64,000 nt of DNA from an uncultured bacterium (lineage in GTDB: Bacteria > Gemmatimonadota > Gemmatimonadetes > Palauibacterales > Palauibacteraceae). Shown one piece after another: positions 1 to 9,555 of this stretch. The DNA is taken from assembly GCA_965370685.1 (NCBI GenBank), contig CBDUVN010000001.1, positions 1,763 to 65,762 of the forward strand. Reading direction: 5' to 3'. A model generated the notes under the pieces. The model saw only the letters and a list, made by a program, of their open reading frames with translations. It was not told where the DNA came from and made no database searches. Made by a program: the position numbers and the translations under genes. Position 1 is the first letter of the stretch. Every line of letters begins with the position of its first letter.

Positions 1-402
1 GCGATCCTGCTGATCGTAGACAACGTCGCATCCGGCCTGGTGGTACACGAAGCGGTGATCGACGCCCGGCTCACTCGAGCGCTTCCGTTCCTGGTCACCG
101 AGCGGGTGCTGATTGCCGGTGTCCGCAACGGAGGCGACAGACAGGAGTTGCACGAACGCATCCGGGTTCACGCCATGGCCGCACGGGAACGCCTGGATGC
201 TGGATCGGACGATAACGACTTTTTGCGACGCGTGGCTGATGACTCCGCGTTCGGGCTGTCCACGGATGAGCTGACCGATCTCTCCCGGCCGGAGGATCTC
301 GTGGGAAGATCCGCCGAGCAGGTGACGCGATACCTGCGCGACGAGGTCGGTCCGGTGCTGGCGGGATATTCGGGCGCGGCAGCGTCACGACTGAGAGTGT
401 AA
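1..402 (+). CDS. purB: adenylosuccinate lyase, C-terminal fragment (5' end lies outside window)
   Basis: Frame 1 is open from nt 1 to the stop at 402. The translation ...VIDARLTRALPFLVTERVLIAGVRNGGDRQELHERIRVHAMAA... matches the conserved C-terminal region of PurB/ADSL. purC starts 5 nt downstream. Confidence 0.8.
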   Translation, partial: AILLIVDNVASGLVVHEAVIDARLTRALPFLVTERVLIAGVRNGGDRQELHERIRVHAMAARERLDAGSDDNDFLRRVADDSAFGLSTDELTDLSRPEDLVGRSAEQVTRYLRDEVGPVLAGYSGAAASRLRV

Positions 403-407
403 GCGGG

Positions 408-1340
408 ATGGATGATCCGAAGATGACTGATGCTCGTGGAACAGACCTTCCCTTCCCCCTGCTTCGAAGGGGGAAGGTGCGCGAGATGTACGATCTGGAC
501 GATGCGCTGCTGATGGTCGCCAGCGACCGGATCAGCGCGTTCGACTGCATTCTGCCCCAGCCGATCCCGGACAAGGGGGCAGTCCTCACCCAGATCTCGC
601 GCTTCTGGTTCGACCGTTCCAGCCACGTTGTGCAGAATCACTGTATCTCAGCGGATCCGGACGAGATCGTGCGGCTGCGTCCGGAGCTCGAGGGCACACG
701 GGACCAGTGGGCCGGCAGAGGCATGCTGGTAAAAAAGACCGAGCCCTTCCCGATCGAGTGCGTGGTGCGCGGCTACATAACAGGGTCTGCGTGGAAAGAG
801 TATAGGGACTCGGGCACGCTGGCCGGCGAGCCGCTGGCGGAGGGGCTTGTCGAGGCCCAGGAGCTCGATCCGCCGATTTTCTCCCCCGCGACGAAAGCGG
901 ACTCCGGTCACGACGAGAACATCACATTCGATCAGATGAAGGGAGTCGTGGGCACGAAAGTCGCCGAATACCTTCGCGAGACCAGCCTCGACCTCTATAC
1001 GTTTGCTCGCGCCCACGCGCGTGGAAGAGGAATTCTGATCGCGGACACGAAATTCGAGTTCGGAACGGCGCGCACCGGCGAGGTACTGCTGATCGACGAA
1101 GCCCTGACGCCAGATTCATCGCGATTCTGGCCGGCTGATGAGCACCTGCCGGGCCGGACGCCGCCGTCGTTGGACAAGCAACCTGTACGAGACTACCTCG
1201 AAGGCCTCGTCCAGGCGGGCGAGTGGGACCGAACTCCTCCCGCTCCCGACCTTCCGCCCGACATCGTCGCCTCCACGAGCGAGCGATACCGAGAGGCATA
1301 CCGTCGGCTCACCGGCGCCGAGCTACCGGAGTATCGATGA
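408..1340 (+). CDS. purC: phosphoribosylaminoimidazole-succinocarboxamide (SAICAR) synthase
   Basis: 310 aa. Conserved SAICAR synthetase stretches are present: GKVREMYDL, MVASDRISAFDCIL, KGAVLTQISRFWFD and ILIADTKFEFG. Confidence 0.9.
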   Translation: MDDPKMTDARGTDLPFPLLRRGKVREMYDLDDALLMVASDRISAFDCILPQPIPDKGAVLTQISRFWFDRSSHVVQNHCISADPDEIVRLRPELEGTRDQWAGRGMLVKKTEPFPIECVVRGYITGSAWKEYRDSGTLAGEPLAEGLVEAQELDPPIFSPATKADSGHDENITFDQMKGVVGTKVAEYLRETSLDLYTFARAHARGRGILIADTKFEFGTARTGEVLLIDEALTPDSSRFWPADEHLPGRTPPSLDKQPVRDYLEGLVQAGEWDRTPPAPDLPPDIVASTSERYREAYRRLTGAELPEYR

Positions 1341-2767
1341 CTTCGATGTCACTCCCGATCCACCTGGACGACGACAAGCCCCGGGACGAGTGCGGAATTT
1401 TCGCGATCAGCGGCTCCCCCGCTGCCGCAGAGCTCACTTTCCTGGGCCTCTACGCGTTGCAGCACCGGGGGCAGGAGTCGGCGGGCATCGTCGCGATAGA
1501 CGACGAAGGCGTGGCACGCAGTCACAAGGGCATGGGCCAGGTGAACGAGGTGTTCGATGACGCCACCATAAGTCGACTTCAGGGCGACGTGGCACTCGGC
1601 CATGTCCGATACTCGACCGCGGGAAGCTCCTCGCTGCGCAACGCGCAGCCGGTGCTGGTCAACTACCGGCACGGCCCGATGGCGCTCGCCCACAACGGAA
1701 CGCTCACGAATGCACTGGAAATCGGCGAGCGCCTGACCGACGAGGGCGCGATTTTTCAGACCGACAGCGACTCCGAGGTCGTGATTCACCTGATCGCTCG
1801 TTCACGCCGCGACTTGCCGGACCAGCAGGTGGATGACGCGCTGTCGCAGCTCGTCGGCGCCTTTTCTCTCGTATTGTGCATCGGGAGGACGATCTACGTT
1901 GCGCGGGATTCCCGCGGATTCAGGCCGCTGGTGCTCGGACGGCTGGGAGACGCTGCAATCGTGGCGTCCGAGACGTGCGCGCTGGATATCATCGGTGCCG
2001 AGTACGAGCGGGACGTACGCCCCGGAGAGGTGTTGCGCATTGACGACGGCGTCGTGACGCCGCTGCGTCCTCTCGAGCCCGCGCCGGCCTCGCCCTGCCT
2101 GTTCGAGCTCGTCTACTTCGCCAGACCGGATTCGCAGATCTGGGGCTGCAGCGTCGACCGTGCCCGGCGTGCGTTCGGCCGGCAGCTTGCACGCGAGCAC
2201 CCGGTCGACGCGGACTGCGTGTTCTCTGTCCCCGACTCGTCCAACTCGGCGGCCCTGGGCTACGCGGAGGAGTCGGGTCTGCCGTTCGAGCTCGCACTGA
2301 TTCGGAATCATTACGTCGGCCGCACGTTTATACACCCGACACAGACGGGCCGGGACTTCAGGGTTCGCGTGAAATACAACCCCGTTGCAGAGTTGATCGA
2401 CGGAAAGAGAGTCGTGGTGGTGGACGACTCACTGGTTCGGGGCACGACAAGCAGGGGACTCGTGACGTTGCTGCGCGACGCGGGGGCGCGCGAGATCCAC
2501 TTCAGGGTGGCTTCTCCACCGATCATCTCGCCCTGCTATTACGGAATCGACATGCCGACGAAGCAGGAGCTGGTCGGCGCCAACTTCACGGTCGAGGAGA
2601 TCGGCCGGCATCTCGGCGTCGAATCTCTCGGCTACCTGTCGCTTGACGGAATGCGATCTGCGGTCGCGGATTACGGTCCGTTCTGTGATGCCTGCTGGAC
2701 CGGGAACTACCCGGCTCCACTTGTCGACATCGAGCACGCCCGCGTGGCGGAGGCGGCGGACCGTTGA
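1337..2767 (+). CDS. purF: amidophosphoribosyltransferase (glutamine-PRPP amidotransferase)
   Basis: The ATG at 1337 overlaps the purC stop (ATGA). The protein starts MTSMSLP...DECGIFAI (N-terminal nucleophile Cys). It has the PRTase motif VVVVDDSLVRGTTS and a C-terminal Fe-S cysteine cluster (CYYGIDMP...CDACWTG). The upstream part of the table ORF (1223-1336) is read-through of purC sequence. Confidence 0.9.
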   Translation: MTSMSLPIHLDDDKPRDECGIFAISGSPAAAELTFLGLYALQHRGQESAGIVAIDDEGVARSHKGMGQVNEVFDDATISRLQGDVALGHVRYSTAGSSSLRNAQPVLVNYRHGPMALAHNGTLTNALEIGERLTDEGAIFQTDSDSEVVIHLIARSRRDLPDQQVDDALSQLVGAFSLVLCIGRTIYVARDSRGFRPLVLGRLGDAAIVASETCALDIIGAEYERDVRPGEVLRIDDGVVTPLRPLEPAPASPCLFELVYFARPDSQIWGCSVDRARRAFGRQLAREHPVDADCVFSVPDSSNSAALGYAEESGLPFELALIRNHYVGRTFIHPTQTGRDFRVRVKYNPVAELIDGKRVVVVDDSLVRGTTSRGLVTLLRDAGAREIHFRVASPPIISPCYYGIDMPTKQELVGANFTVEEIGRHLGVESLGYLSLDGMRSAVADYGPFCDACWTGNYPAPLVDIEHARVAEAADR

Positions 2768-2782
2768 GTCCGCCGCCTCCGC
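2747..2782 (+). other. perfect 15-bp inverted repeat (gcggaggcggcggac / gtccgccgcctccgc) with a 6-nt loop containing the purF TGA stop; candidate attenuator or terminator-like stem-loop ahead of ppdK
   Basis: The inverted repeat was read directly from the sequence. It lies about 14 nt before the ppdK ribosome-binding site (caggag) and ATG at 2806. No U-tract follows. Confidence 0.4.
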
Positions 2783-2805
2783 GACTCGCCTGAACAGGAG
2801 CCCCC

Positions 2806-5436
2806 ATGAACTACGTCTACTTCTTCGGCCGTGGGCATGCCGACGGCGGCCGCGACATGAAGGACCTCCTCGGCGGCAAGGGCGCGAATCTCGCCGAAAT
2901 GACGAATCTGGGCGTGCCGGTTCCTCCCGGCTTCACTCTGACCACAGAAGCCTGCCGGCACCACCTGATCAGTGACGAGCTTCCGGCTGGAGCGCGTGGA
3001 GAGGTCCACGAAGCGCTGGCAAGGCTCGAGAAGACCGTCGGCAAGACATTCGGGGGCGCAACGGACCCGCTTCTCGTGTCCGTTCGATCCGGTGCCGCCG
3101 CATCGATGCCCGGGATGATGGACACGATCCTGAATCTCGGCCTGAACGACCTGAGCGTCGATGGACTGGCGCGGACATCGGGCGACGAGCGTTTCGCGTG
3201 GGACAGCTACCGACGGTTCCTGCAGATGTACGGTGAAGTAGTGCTCGGTGTCGAACACTCCGCATTCGAGTCGATCCTGACCGACGTTCGGCTGGAGGCG
3301 GGAGCGGAGTCGGACGATGGAATCCCGGCGGACGGGCTCCGGCAGGTCGTGTCCCGTTACAAGGAGCTGATCGAGCGCGAAGGCTCGGGGCCATTCCCCG
3401 AGTCTCCGGAAGACCAGCTGTGGGGAGCGATCGACGCCGTGTTCAAGAGCTGGCGGACACCACGCGCGAACGCCTATCGCAAGATCAACGAAATCTCGAA
3501 TGACCTGGGTACGGCCGTCAACATACAGGCGATGGTGTATGGGAATCGTGGACCGGGCAGCGGCACGGGGGTCGCGTTCACCCGGAACGCGGCGACGGGC
3601 GAGCGGAAGCTGTACGGTGAGTTCCTGGTCAACGCGCAGGGAGAAGACGTCGTAGCCGGCACCAGACACCCCCTGTCGATCGAGCAGATGGCGGATTATC
3701 TGTCGGACGCATTCGAGAAGCTGAACGAAACCGCAGACCGCCTGGAGGTCCATTACCGGGAGATGCAGGATCTCGAGTTCACGGTCGAGGACGGAGAGCT
3801 GTTCCTGCTGCAGACGAGGAGTGGCAAGCGCACGGCCCGCGCAGCTGTTCGCATCGCGGTCGAGATGGCCGATGAAGGACTGATCTCGCGTGAAGAGGCT
3901 GTCGAGAGAGTCGAGCCGGAGCGGCTCGACGAAGTTCTGCACCCAATGGTCGATCCCGACGCAGACTACACGCCGTTCGCCATCGGCAACCCGGCCTCGC
4001 CGGGCGCCGTATCCGGCAGGATCGTATTTACGGCGCGCGAGGCCGTGGAGCAGGCGGAGCAAGGCGAAAGCGTCGTACTGGTCCGCAACGAAACGTCTCC
4101 AGACGACTTCGAGGGCATGGTCGCAGCGGTGGCCATCGTGACCGCGCGCGGCGGCAAGTCCAGCCACGCGGCCGTCGTCGCGAGGGGCATGGGCAAGTGC
4201 TGTGTCGTCGGGACCAGGTCGCTCGAGATCGACGAGGAACGAAGGGTGATCCGCTCGAACGGCCAGGTCGTGGCGGGCGGTGATTGGATCACGGTGGACG
4301 GAGCGAGCGGCGAGGTCATCCCGGGCCGGATCCCCACGGTCGAGCCGGAGCCGGGAGAGGAATTCCATCGCCTGATGAGCTGGGCCGACGAGATCCGGCT
4401 GCTCCGGGTGCGGACCAATGCCGACAACCCTGAGGATGCCGCAGCCGCGCGGGAATTCGGTGCGGAGGGAATCGGCCTGTGCAGGACCGAGCACATGTTC
4501 TTCGGCGAGGAACGGGTGGATGCGGTGCGGGAGATGATCCTCGCGGCGGACGTAGATGGCCGAAAGCGCGCGCTGGACAGGCTCCTGCCGATGCAGCGCT
4601 CGGACTTCGAGGGGATATTCCGGGCGATGGACGGCCTTCCGGTGACGATCCGACTCCTCGACCCTCCGCTGCACGAGTTCCTTCCGTCGGAACCCGAGGA
4701 ACTGGAGCGGATCGCTGCAGTGTTGGAGCGGACGGTGGAGGATATCAAGACAGCCGTGGAGCGTCTCACCGAGGTCAATCCGATGCTCGGACACAGGGGC
4801 TGCCGTCTCGGCTACTCGCACCCGGAGATCACCCGGATGCAGGCGCGCGCCATTTTCGAAGCGGCGCTGGATGCCCAGGCCGACGGCATCGACGTCCAGC
4901 CGGAGGTCATGATTCCCCTGGTGGGCCATGTCGCAGAGCTGCGTCACCAGAGGTCACTGGTGGACCAGACCGCCCGCGAGGTATTCGCGGAGCGGGACGA
5001 CCAGGTGGACTATCTCGTCGGCACGATGATCGAGCTGCCGCGAGCCTGTCTCACGTCGGGACCGATCGCTGGTGAGGCCGAGTTCTTTTCGTTTGGAACC
5101 AACGACCTGACCCAGACCACGCTCGGTCTGTCACGCGATGACGCCGGCTCTTTCCTCCCGCTGTACGTGGAATCCGGCGTGTACGCGAAGGATCCTTTCC
5201 AGTCGTTGGATATTGAGGGCGTCGGACGCCTGATGCGGGCGTCGGTGAAGGAAGGGCGGGCTGCCCGACCGGATCTGAAAATTGGAATCTGCGGTGAGCA
5301 TGGAGGAGACCCGGACTCGGTACGGTTCTGTCACGGACTGCGGATGGACTACGTCTCCTGCTCCCCGTTCCGGGTTCCGGTCGCCCGGCTGGCCGCGGCA
5401 CACGCCGCGCTGGAAGACAGGCCGGACACCGACTGA
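2806..5436 (+). CDS. ppdK: pyruvate, phosphate dikinase
   Basis: 876 aa. The N-terminus is GGKGANLAEM, the catalytic phospho-His region is RGGKSSHAAVVARGMG, and the PEP-utilising TIM-barrel motifs CRTEHMFF and NDLTQ are present. An SD (aggag) lies 6 nt upstream. Confidence 0.93.
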   Translation: MNYVYFFGRGHADGGRDMKDLLGGKGANLAEMTNLGVPVPPGFTLTTEACRHHLISDELPAGARGEVHEALARLEKTVGKTFGGATDPLLVSVRSGAAASMPGMMDTILNLGLNDLSVDGLARTSGDERFAWDSYRRFLQMYGEVVLGVEHSAFESILTDVRLEAGAESDDGIPADGLRQVVSRYKELIEREGSGPFPESPEDQLWGAIDAVFKSWRTPRANAYRKINEISNDLGTAVNIQAMVYGNRGPGSGTGVAFTRNAATGERKLYGEFLVNAQGEDVVAGTRHPLSIEQMADYLSDAFEKLNETADRLEVHYREMQDLEFTVEDGELFLLQTRSGKRTARAAVRIAVEMADEGLISREEAVERVEPERLDEVLHPMVDPDADYTPFAIGNPASPGAVSGRIVFTAREAVEQAEQGESVVLVRNETSPDDFEGMVAAVAIVTARGGKSSHAAVVARGMGKCCVVGTRSLEIDEERRVIRSNGQVVAGGDWITVDGASGEVIPGRIPTVEPEPGEEFHRLMSWADEIRLLRVRTNADNPEDAAAAREFGAEGIGLCRTEHMFFGEERVDAVREMILAADVDGRKRALDRLLPMQRSDFEGIFRAMDGLPVTIRLLDPPLHEFLPSEPEELERIAAVLERTVEDIKTAVERLTEVNPMLGHRGCRLGYSHPEITRMQARAIFEAALDAQADGIDVQPEVMIPLVGHVAELRHQRSLVDQTAREVFAERDDQVDYLVGTMIELPRACLTSGPIAGEAEFFSFGTNDLTQTTLGLSRDDAGSFLPLYVESGVYAKDPFQSLDIEGVGRLMRASVKEGRAARPDLKIGICGEHGGDPDSVRFCHGLRMDYVSCSPFRVPVARLAAAHAALEDRPDTD

Positions 5437-5439
5437 GGA

Positions 5440-5461
5440 ACACCTGAACGACACCTGAACG
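5440..5461. repeat. tandem direct repeat 2 x 11 bp (acacctgaacg acacctgaacg) immediately after the ppdK stop
   Basis: Read directly from the sequence at 5440-5461. Confidence 0.6.
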
Positions 5462-5468
5462 GGTTTCC

Positions 5469-5491
5469 GGGGGCCGGCGGTTCCGGCCCCC
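5469..5491. terminator. GC-rich hairpin (gggggccgg-cggtt-ccggccccc) between the convergent ppdK and fbp genes; candidate bidirectional terminator
   Basis: A 9-bp perfect stem with a 5-nt loop, read from the sequence. It lies between two convergent gene ends (ppdK 5436, fbp 5523). It lacks a clear U-tract, which is common in high-GC genomes. Confidence 0.45.
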
Positions 5492-5522
5492 ACACCCACT
5501 CGACCTCCGGACCGACCTCCGA

Positions 5523-6542
5523 TCAGGACTGCGGCACACCTCCACCCGACAGCGTTCGCTCGGCGAGGTCGACCCATTCTCGATTACCCATGAACAGTGG
5601 CGTCCGCTGGTGAAGCTCGTGCGGCTCGATCGACATGATATCACGTGTACCGTCGGTCGCCCGGCCGCCTGCCTGTTCGCACAGCATCGCCAGTGGAGCC
5701 GCCTCGTACAGCAGTCGCAGCTTGCCGTCCGGGTGCTCCCGGTCCCCGGGATACATGAAAAACCCGCCGTATAGAAGGGTCCGGTGGAAGTCCGCGACCA
5801 GAGAACCCACATACCGGTGCGAGAACCCACCTCCTCCGTTCGAGCCCGTTCCCCGGAACCACTCCACCAGCTCCTGCTGCTCGGGAGACCAGCTCGAATA
5901 GTTCCCCTCGTTCACGCTGTAGATCCGCTTTCCCGGTTCGGGAATGCTGATCTTGCTGTGCGACAGCAGGAATTCTCCGATCGACGGATCCAGCGTGAAA
6001 CCGTGCACTCCGCTCCCCGTCGTGTACACGAACACCGTCGAGGACCCATACATGATGTAGCCTGCGGCCACCTGCTTCGAGCCGGCCTGCAGGCAGTCCT
6101 CGAGCGATCCGTCCCGTCCCGCCGAGCACCGTTTGTGAACCGAAAAGATCGTCCCGATCGAGATGTTCGCATCGATGTTCGAGCTGCCGTCGAGCGGGTC
6201 GAACAGGAGGACGTAGTCTCCGGTCGGAAACTGCTCGGGAATCTGGATCAGCCCCTCTTCCTCCTCCGAGGCCATGACACACAGGTCCCCGCCATGGTCC
6301 AACGCGTTGAACACCACGTCATGTGCGTACTCATCGAGCTTCTGGACCTCTTCTCCGTGTACGTTTCCTTTCCCTGTCTTGCCGAGGATGTCGACCAGGC
6401 CGGCCTTGCTCACCTCGCGGTGAATCAGTTTCGCTGCCTGGGTCAGGTCATACAGGACGGAGGTCAGCGCCCCGGTCGCTCCCGGGTGGTCGCGCTCCTG
6501 CTCGAGAATGAATCGCCCCAGCGTGACTACGTATCGATCCAT
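5523..6542 (-). CDS. fbp: fructose-1,6-bisphosphatase class 1
   Basis: 339 aa. The FBPase signature is present: the metal-binding stretch ASEEEEGLIQIP...FDPLDGSSNIDANISIGTIFS and the GYIMYGSST and YSVNEGN motifs. Confidence 0.92.
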   Translation of the reverse strand: MDRYVVTLGRFILEQERDHPGATGALTSVLYDLTQAAKLIHREVSKAGLVDILGKTGKGNVHGEEVQKLDEYAHDVVFNALDHGGDLCVMASEEEEGLIQIPEQFPTGDYVLLFDPLDGSSNIDANISIGTIFSVHKRCSAGRDGSLEDCLQAGSKQVAAGYIMYGSSTVFVYTTGSGVHGFTLDPSIGEFLLSHSKISIPEPGKRIYSVNEGNYSSWSPEQQELVEWFRGTGSNGGGGFSHRYVGSLVADFHRTLLYGGFFMYPGDREHPDGKLRLLYEAAPLAMLCEQAGGRATDGTRDIMSIEPHELHQRTPLFMGNREWVDLAERTLSGGGVPQS

Positions 6543-6668
6543 GACGGCCTCCGGTTTTCTGCAGCTGTCGAAGCGTGCATCTCAACCCGATGCGCGGGTG
6601 GCACGAAGCGCCCGACCCGGGCCCGCTCCCACCACACTGAGCAGGCCGATTCCCCACGTCAACAGCCT

Positions 6669-9251
6669 TCAATCTCCGTGCCGTACGGCAAGCTCCGCTG
6701 AGACCGGTGCGTTCCACACGGATTCGCTGTCGATTCGCCATCTCCCATCCCGCCGAATCTCGATGCAAAGCGTCCCCCTGCGGTCCGTACGCCACACTAC
6801 GGGAACGTGCGCGGCATCGAGTCGGGCGACGACCTCAGGATGCGGATGACCGTATCGATTCCCCCGCCCGGCAGAGATCACGGCAACCGTCGGGCGCACG
6901 GCTGCCAGCCATTCACCAGAGGTCGATGTGCGACTTCCGTGATGCCCGACCTTGAGCAGGTCGGCCCGCAGTGAATCGCGCGGCCACGACCGGAGGATAT
7001 CCGTCTCCTCGACGGCGGTCGCGTCACCGGAATTCACATACCGGAACCCCGCCAGACTCACCCGCACGACGAGGCTCGTCTGATTGGCGCTGAGCGGCCC
7101 TCCCTCCCGGTCTGTCTCAGTTGCCGGATCGGGCCCGAGCACGAGTACCTCGGCGTCATCGACGTGGATCCGGGTTCCGCGTCGGGCGATGAGCCACGGC
7201 ACGCCGGCCTGCTCGGCCACCGCCAGCAGTCGGGCGTAGGGAGCTCTCGGAAGCGGGTCCGCGGTATCGAGTACGCCGCCGACCGGCACGCTCGTGAGCA
7301 GTCCCGGGAGTCCTCCCAGGTGATCCACATCAGGATGCGACAGGACGACGAGGGCCACAGATCTGCCACCCCGCCGACGCAGCGCTCCAACGATTTCCTC
7401 CCGACCCGCTCCCGGGCCCAGCTCCGGACCTCCATCGAATACGATCCATCGACCCTCGAACGTCCGGAGGATCGCCGCGTCCCCCTGGCCAACGGACAGG
7501 GTGCACAGAAGACCCGTGTTTCTGTGTTCGAGCAGACGAGTGAAGGGCTGTCCAAGCGCCAGGGAGACGAGGATGGCCACGGGAACGATCGTCCGCGCGG
7601 GCGAGATGCCCCGAGCGATCCGGGCCAGTATCCCGAACGCGATCAGCCAGGCGAGCCAGGTCTCAGCCGATGGAGGAGACGACTCGAAGTGACCTCCCGT
7701 CCAGTTGCTGAACCAGCCTGCCGCGGCGTGCAGCACGCGAAGACATACCGTGGCTCCACCGGCGAACCACGTGCCGAGAGGATCGGGAAGCAGGGTGCCG
7801 GCAAGGCCCCAGATCGACAGAGCGACGATCGGAGATCCCACCAGGTTTGAAACCATCGAAACGGGGGCAATTCGTCCGAAGTGCCAGGCGGATATCGGAG
7901 CCGTGGCCAGGAATGCCCCGATCCCGGCGAGCAGACCGGTGCTCAGCCCCCTGATCAGCTTTCCAGTTCGGCCGGCGGCGGTCAGTCGGGCTTTCCCGCG
8001 TCCGGCGGACAATGCGCGAGCCACTGCTGGCCCGATCGAAACGCCGGCAAACCCCGCGAACGACAGCTGGAACCCCGGTTCGAGGATGGTCGAGGGATCC
8101 GAAACGAGGAACACGAGCGCCACGACTCCCAGGAGATCCGCACCGCGAATGGGACGCCCGACGAAGCGGGAAGTCGCCCAACCGGCAAACAACAGGCTCG
8201 CCCTGAGCGCCGGGGTGGGCGCTCCGAGAATCGCCACGTACACGCCGACGATCGCCGCGGCGACGAGGTAGACCCTGCGGCCGCGCACGAACGGCCTCGA
8301 CAGCGCGAGTATCAGACCCGCGATGATTCCGACATGCAGTCCCGAGATCGCCAGCAGGTGCGCGAGGCCGGCATCGACGAACCGCCTCCGAAGGCTCGCC
8401 GGCAACTCGTCACGCTCCGCGAGAAGCAGGGCTCGGGCCGTCGCATCTACATCGGCGGGCAACCGGGCCCGCAGACGGCGGGCCGCCGCGGACCTGATCG
8501 TCCGGCGAACGGAGCGGATCGTCGCCCCGACACCTCTGTCGGAGCCCTGCACGTACCGTTCATCGCGTGTGACTCGGGCCTGTACTACGATGCCTGTCCG
8601 ACCCGGGAGATCGAGGCCCTGTCCGTTGGGCGACTGTGCTCGCAAGCGCAGCCACTCCCCTTCCAGCGCTATGGGGGCCCCGAACGGGATCGACGGATCC
8701 GCCGATGCAACGAATACCGAGACCCGGGGCATCCGGCACTCTCCGGCCCGGGCGGACAACACCACGTCTTCCAGTGAAACGCGCACGTTCGAACGCCGGT
8801 CCGTTCCCCGGGCACCGGCGGATTGTTCCACGGAGTAGCCCCGCACGACGACCGGCGTCCCGGTCTCGAGCGACGTTTCGCAACCCGCCCGGATCGTCGC
8901 GGCCGAATCCGCACCGACCAGTGCTCCTGCCGCCACGAGCACCGCAACAAGAACCGTAGGGGTCGCGAGAGTGGCGATTCCACCCGCAGAGCGGGAACCG
9001 GCCAGACGGAATGCGCAGATCATCAGAGCCGCGAACATCGTCAGTGCTACGGCACCGGGTCGCACCATCCCGAGTGCGGATCCGGCGGTGAATGCGAGGG
9101 CTGCCGCGAGAACCGGGGGGAAGGAGCGGGTGACCGGCGGTCCCCGCCGATGGATGGAGTCCTGAACCGCTCGTGGCGCGGGCCTGTCGCTACGGCCCTT
9201 CCTGCTCGTCCTCCGGGCGGCCCTGTGGCCATTCCTCTCCGAGTGCTTCAC
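6669..9251 (-). CDS. comEC: DNA internalization-related competence protein ComEC/Rec2
   Basis: 860 aa polytopic membrane protein. It has a competence domain and a C-terminal metallo-beta-lactamase fold (VLSHPDVDHLGGLPGLL, KVGHHGSRTS). The true start is uncertain and may be downstream of 9251. Confidence 0.85.
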   Translation of the reverse strand: MKHSERNGHRAARRTSRKGRSDRPAPRAVQDSIHRRGPPVTRSFPPVLAAALAFTAGSALGMVRPGAVALTMFAALMICAFRLAGSRSAGGIATLATPTVLVAVLVAAGALVGADSAATIRAGCETSLETGTPVVVRGYSVEQSAGARGTDRRSNVRVSLEDVVLSARAGECRMPRVSVFVASADPSIPFGAPIALEGEWLRLRAQSPNGQGLDLPGRTGIVVQARVTRDERYVQGSDRGVGATIRSVRRTIRSAAARRLRARLPADVDATARALLLAERDELPASLRRRFVDAGLAHLLAISGLHVGIIAGLILALSRPFVRGRRVYLVAAAIVGVYVAILGAPTPALRASLLFAGWATSRFVGRPIRGADLLGVVALVFLVSDPSTILEPGFQLSFAGFAGVSIGPAVARALSAGRGKARLTAAGRTGKLIRGLSTGLLAGIGAFLATAPISAWHFGRIAPVSMVSNLVGSPIVALSIWGLAGTLLPDPLGTWFAGGATVCLRVLHAAAGWFSNWTGGHFESSPPSAETWLAWLIAFGILARIARGISPARTIVPVAILVSLALGQPFTRLLEHRNTGLLCTLSVGQGDAAILRTFEGRWIVFDGGPELGPGAGREEIVGALRRRGGRSVALVVLSHPDVDHLGGLPGLLTSVPVGGVLDTADPLPRAPYARLLAVAEQAGVPWLIARRGTRIHVDDAEVLVLGPDPATETDREGGPLSANQTSLVVRVSLAGFRYVNSGDATAVEETDILRSWPRDSLRADLLKVGHHGSRTSTSGEWLAAVRPTVAVISAGRGNRYGHPHPEVVARLDAAHVPVVWRTDRRGTLCIEIRRDGRWRIDSESVWNAPVSAELAVRHGD

Positions 9252-9555
9252 GATATCGGCGCAGCATGCGTCGTGTCTTCAGGTCGGCACGCAGGCCGAC
9301 AGCGAACACGAGCGTCATCCCGAACAGGATCGAGAGAAACACGACGGCCGACAGCGGAATCGACCGCAGAGTTACGATTCCCAGTCGAAGCGTGACCCTC
9401 TCGCCGATGTTCAGCCAGGCGAACAGGGCCGCGAGGGCCGAGCTTCCAAGGATGATGGCGATCCGGCCGGGAACCCCGTTCACCGGACGACCTCCCCGAT
9501 GAACGTCGCGCCGGTCGTCGAGACCAGGCGGACCTGGCGAAAGCTCCCGACCCAC
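9190..9555 (-). CDS. small two-TM membrane protein, LapA/DUF1049-like (lipopolysaccharide assembly protein A family)
   Basis: The architecture is two TM helices (IAIILGSSALAALFAWL and LSAVVFLSILFGMTLVFAVGL) followed by a basic tail (RADLKTRRMLRRYREAL), as in LapA/YciS. The ORF overlaps the miaB 3' end by about 75 nt and the annotated comEC start by about 60 nt, so the true start is probably internal (alternative codon). Confidence 0.45.
   Translation of the reverse strand: MGRELSPGPPGLDDRRDVHRGGRPVNGVPGRIAIILGSSALAALFAWLNIGERVTLRLGIVTLRSIPLSAVVFLSILFGMTLVFAVGLRADLKTRRMLRRYREALGEEWPQGRPEDEQEGP

Noticed and set aside
2707-4947. 746-aa ORF on the minus strand, antisense to ppdK
   Set aside because: Arg/Pro/Ala-rich low-complexity translation with no motifs. 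It fully overlaps the strongly conserved ppdK and is typical of a stop-codon-poor antisense frame in a high-GC genome.
7881-8777. 298-aa plus-strand ORF inside comEC
   Set aside because: Arg/Gly/Pro-rich antisense translation. ComEC on the minus strand is well supported.
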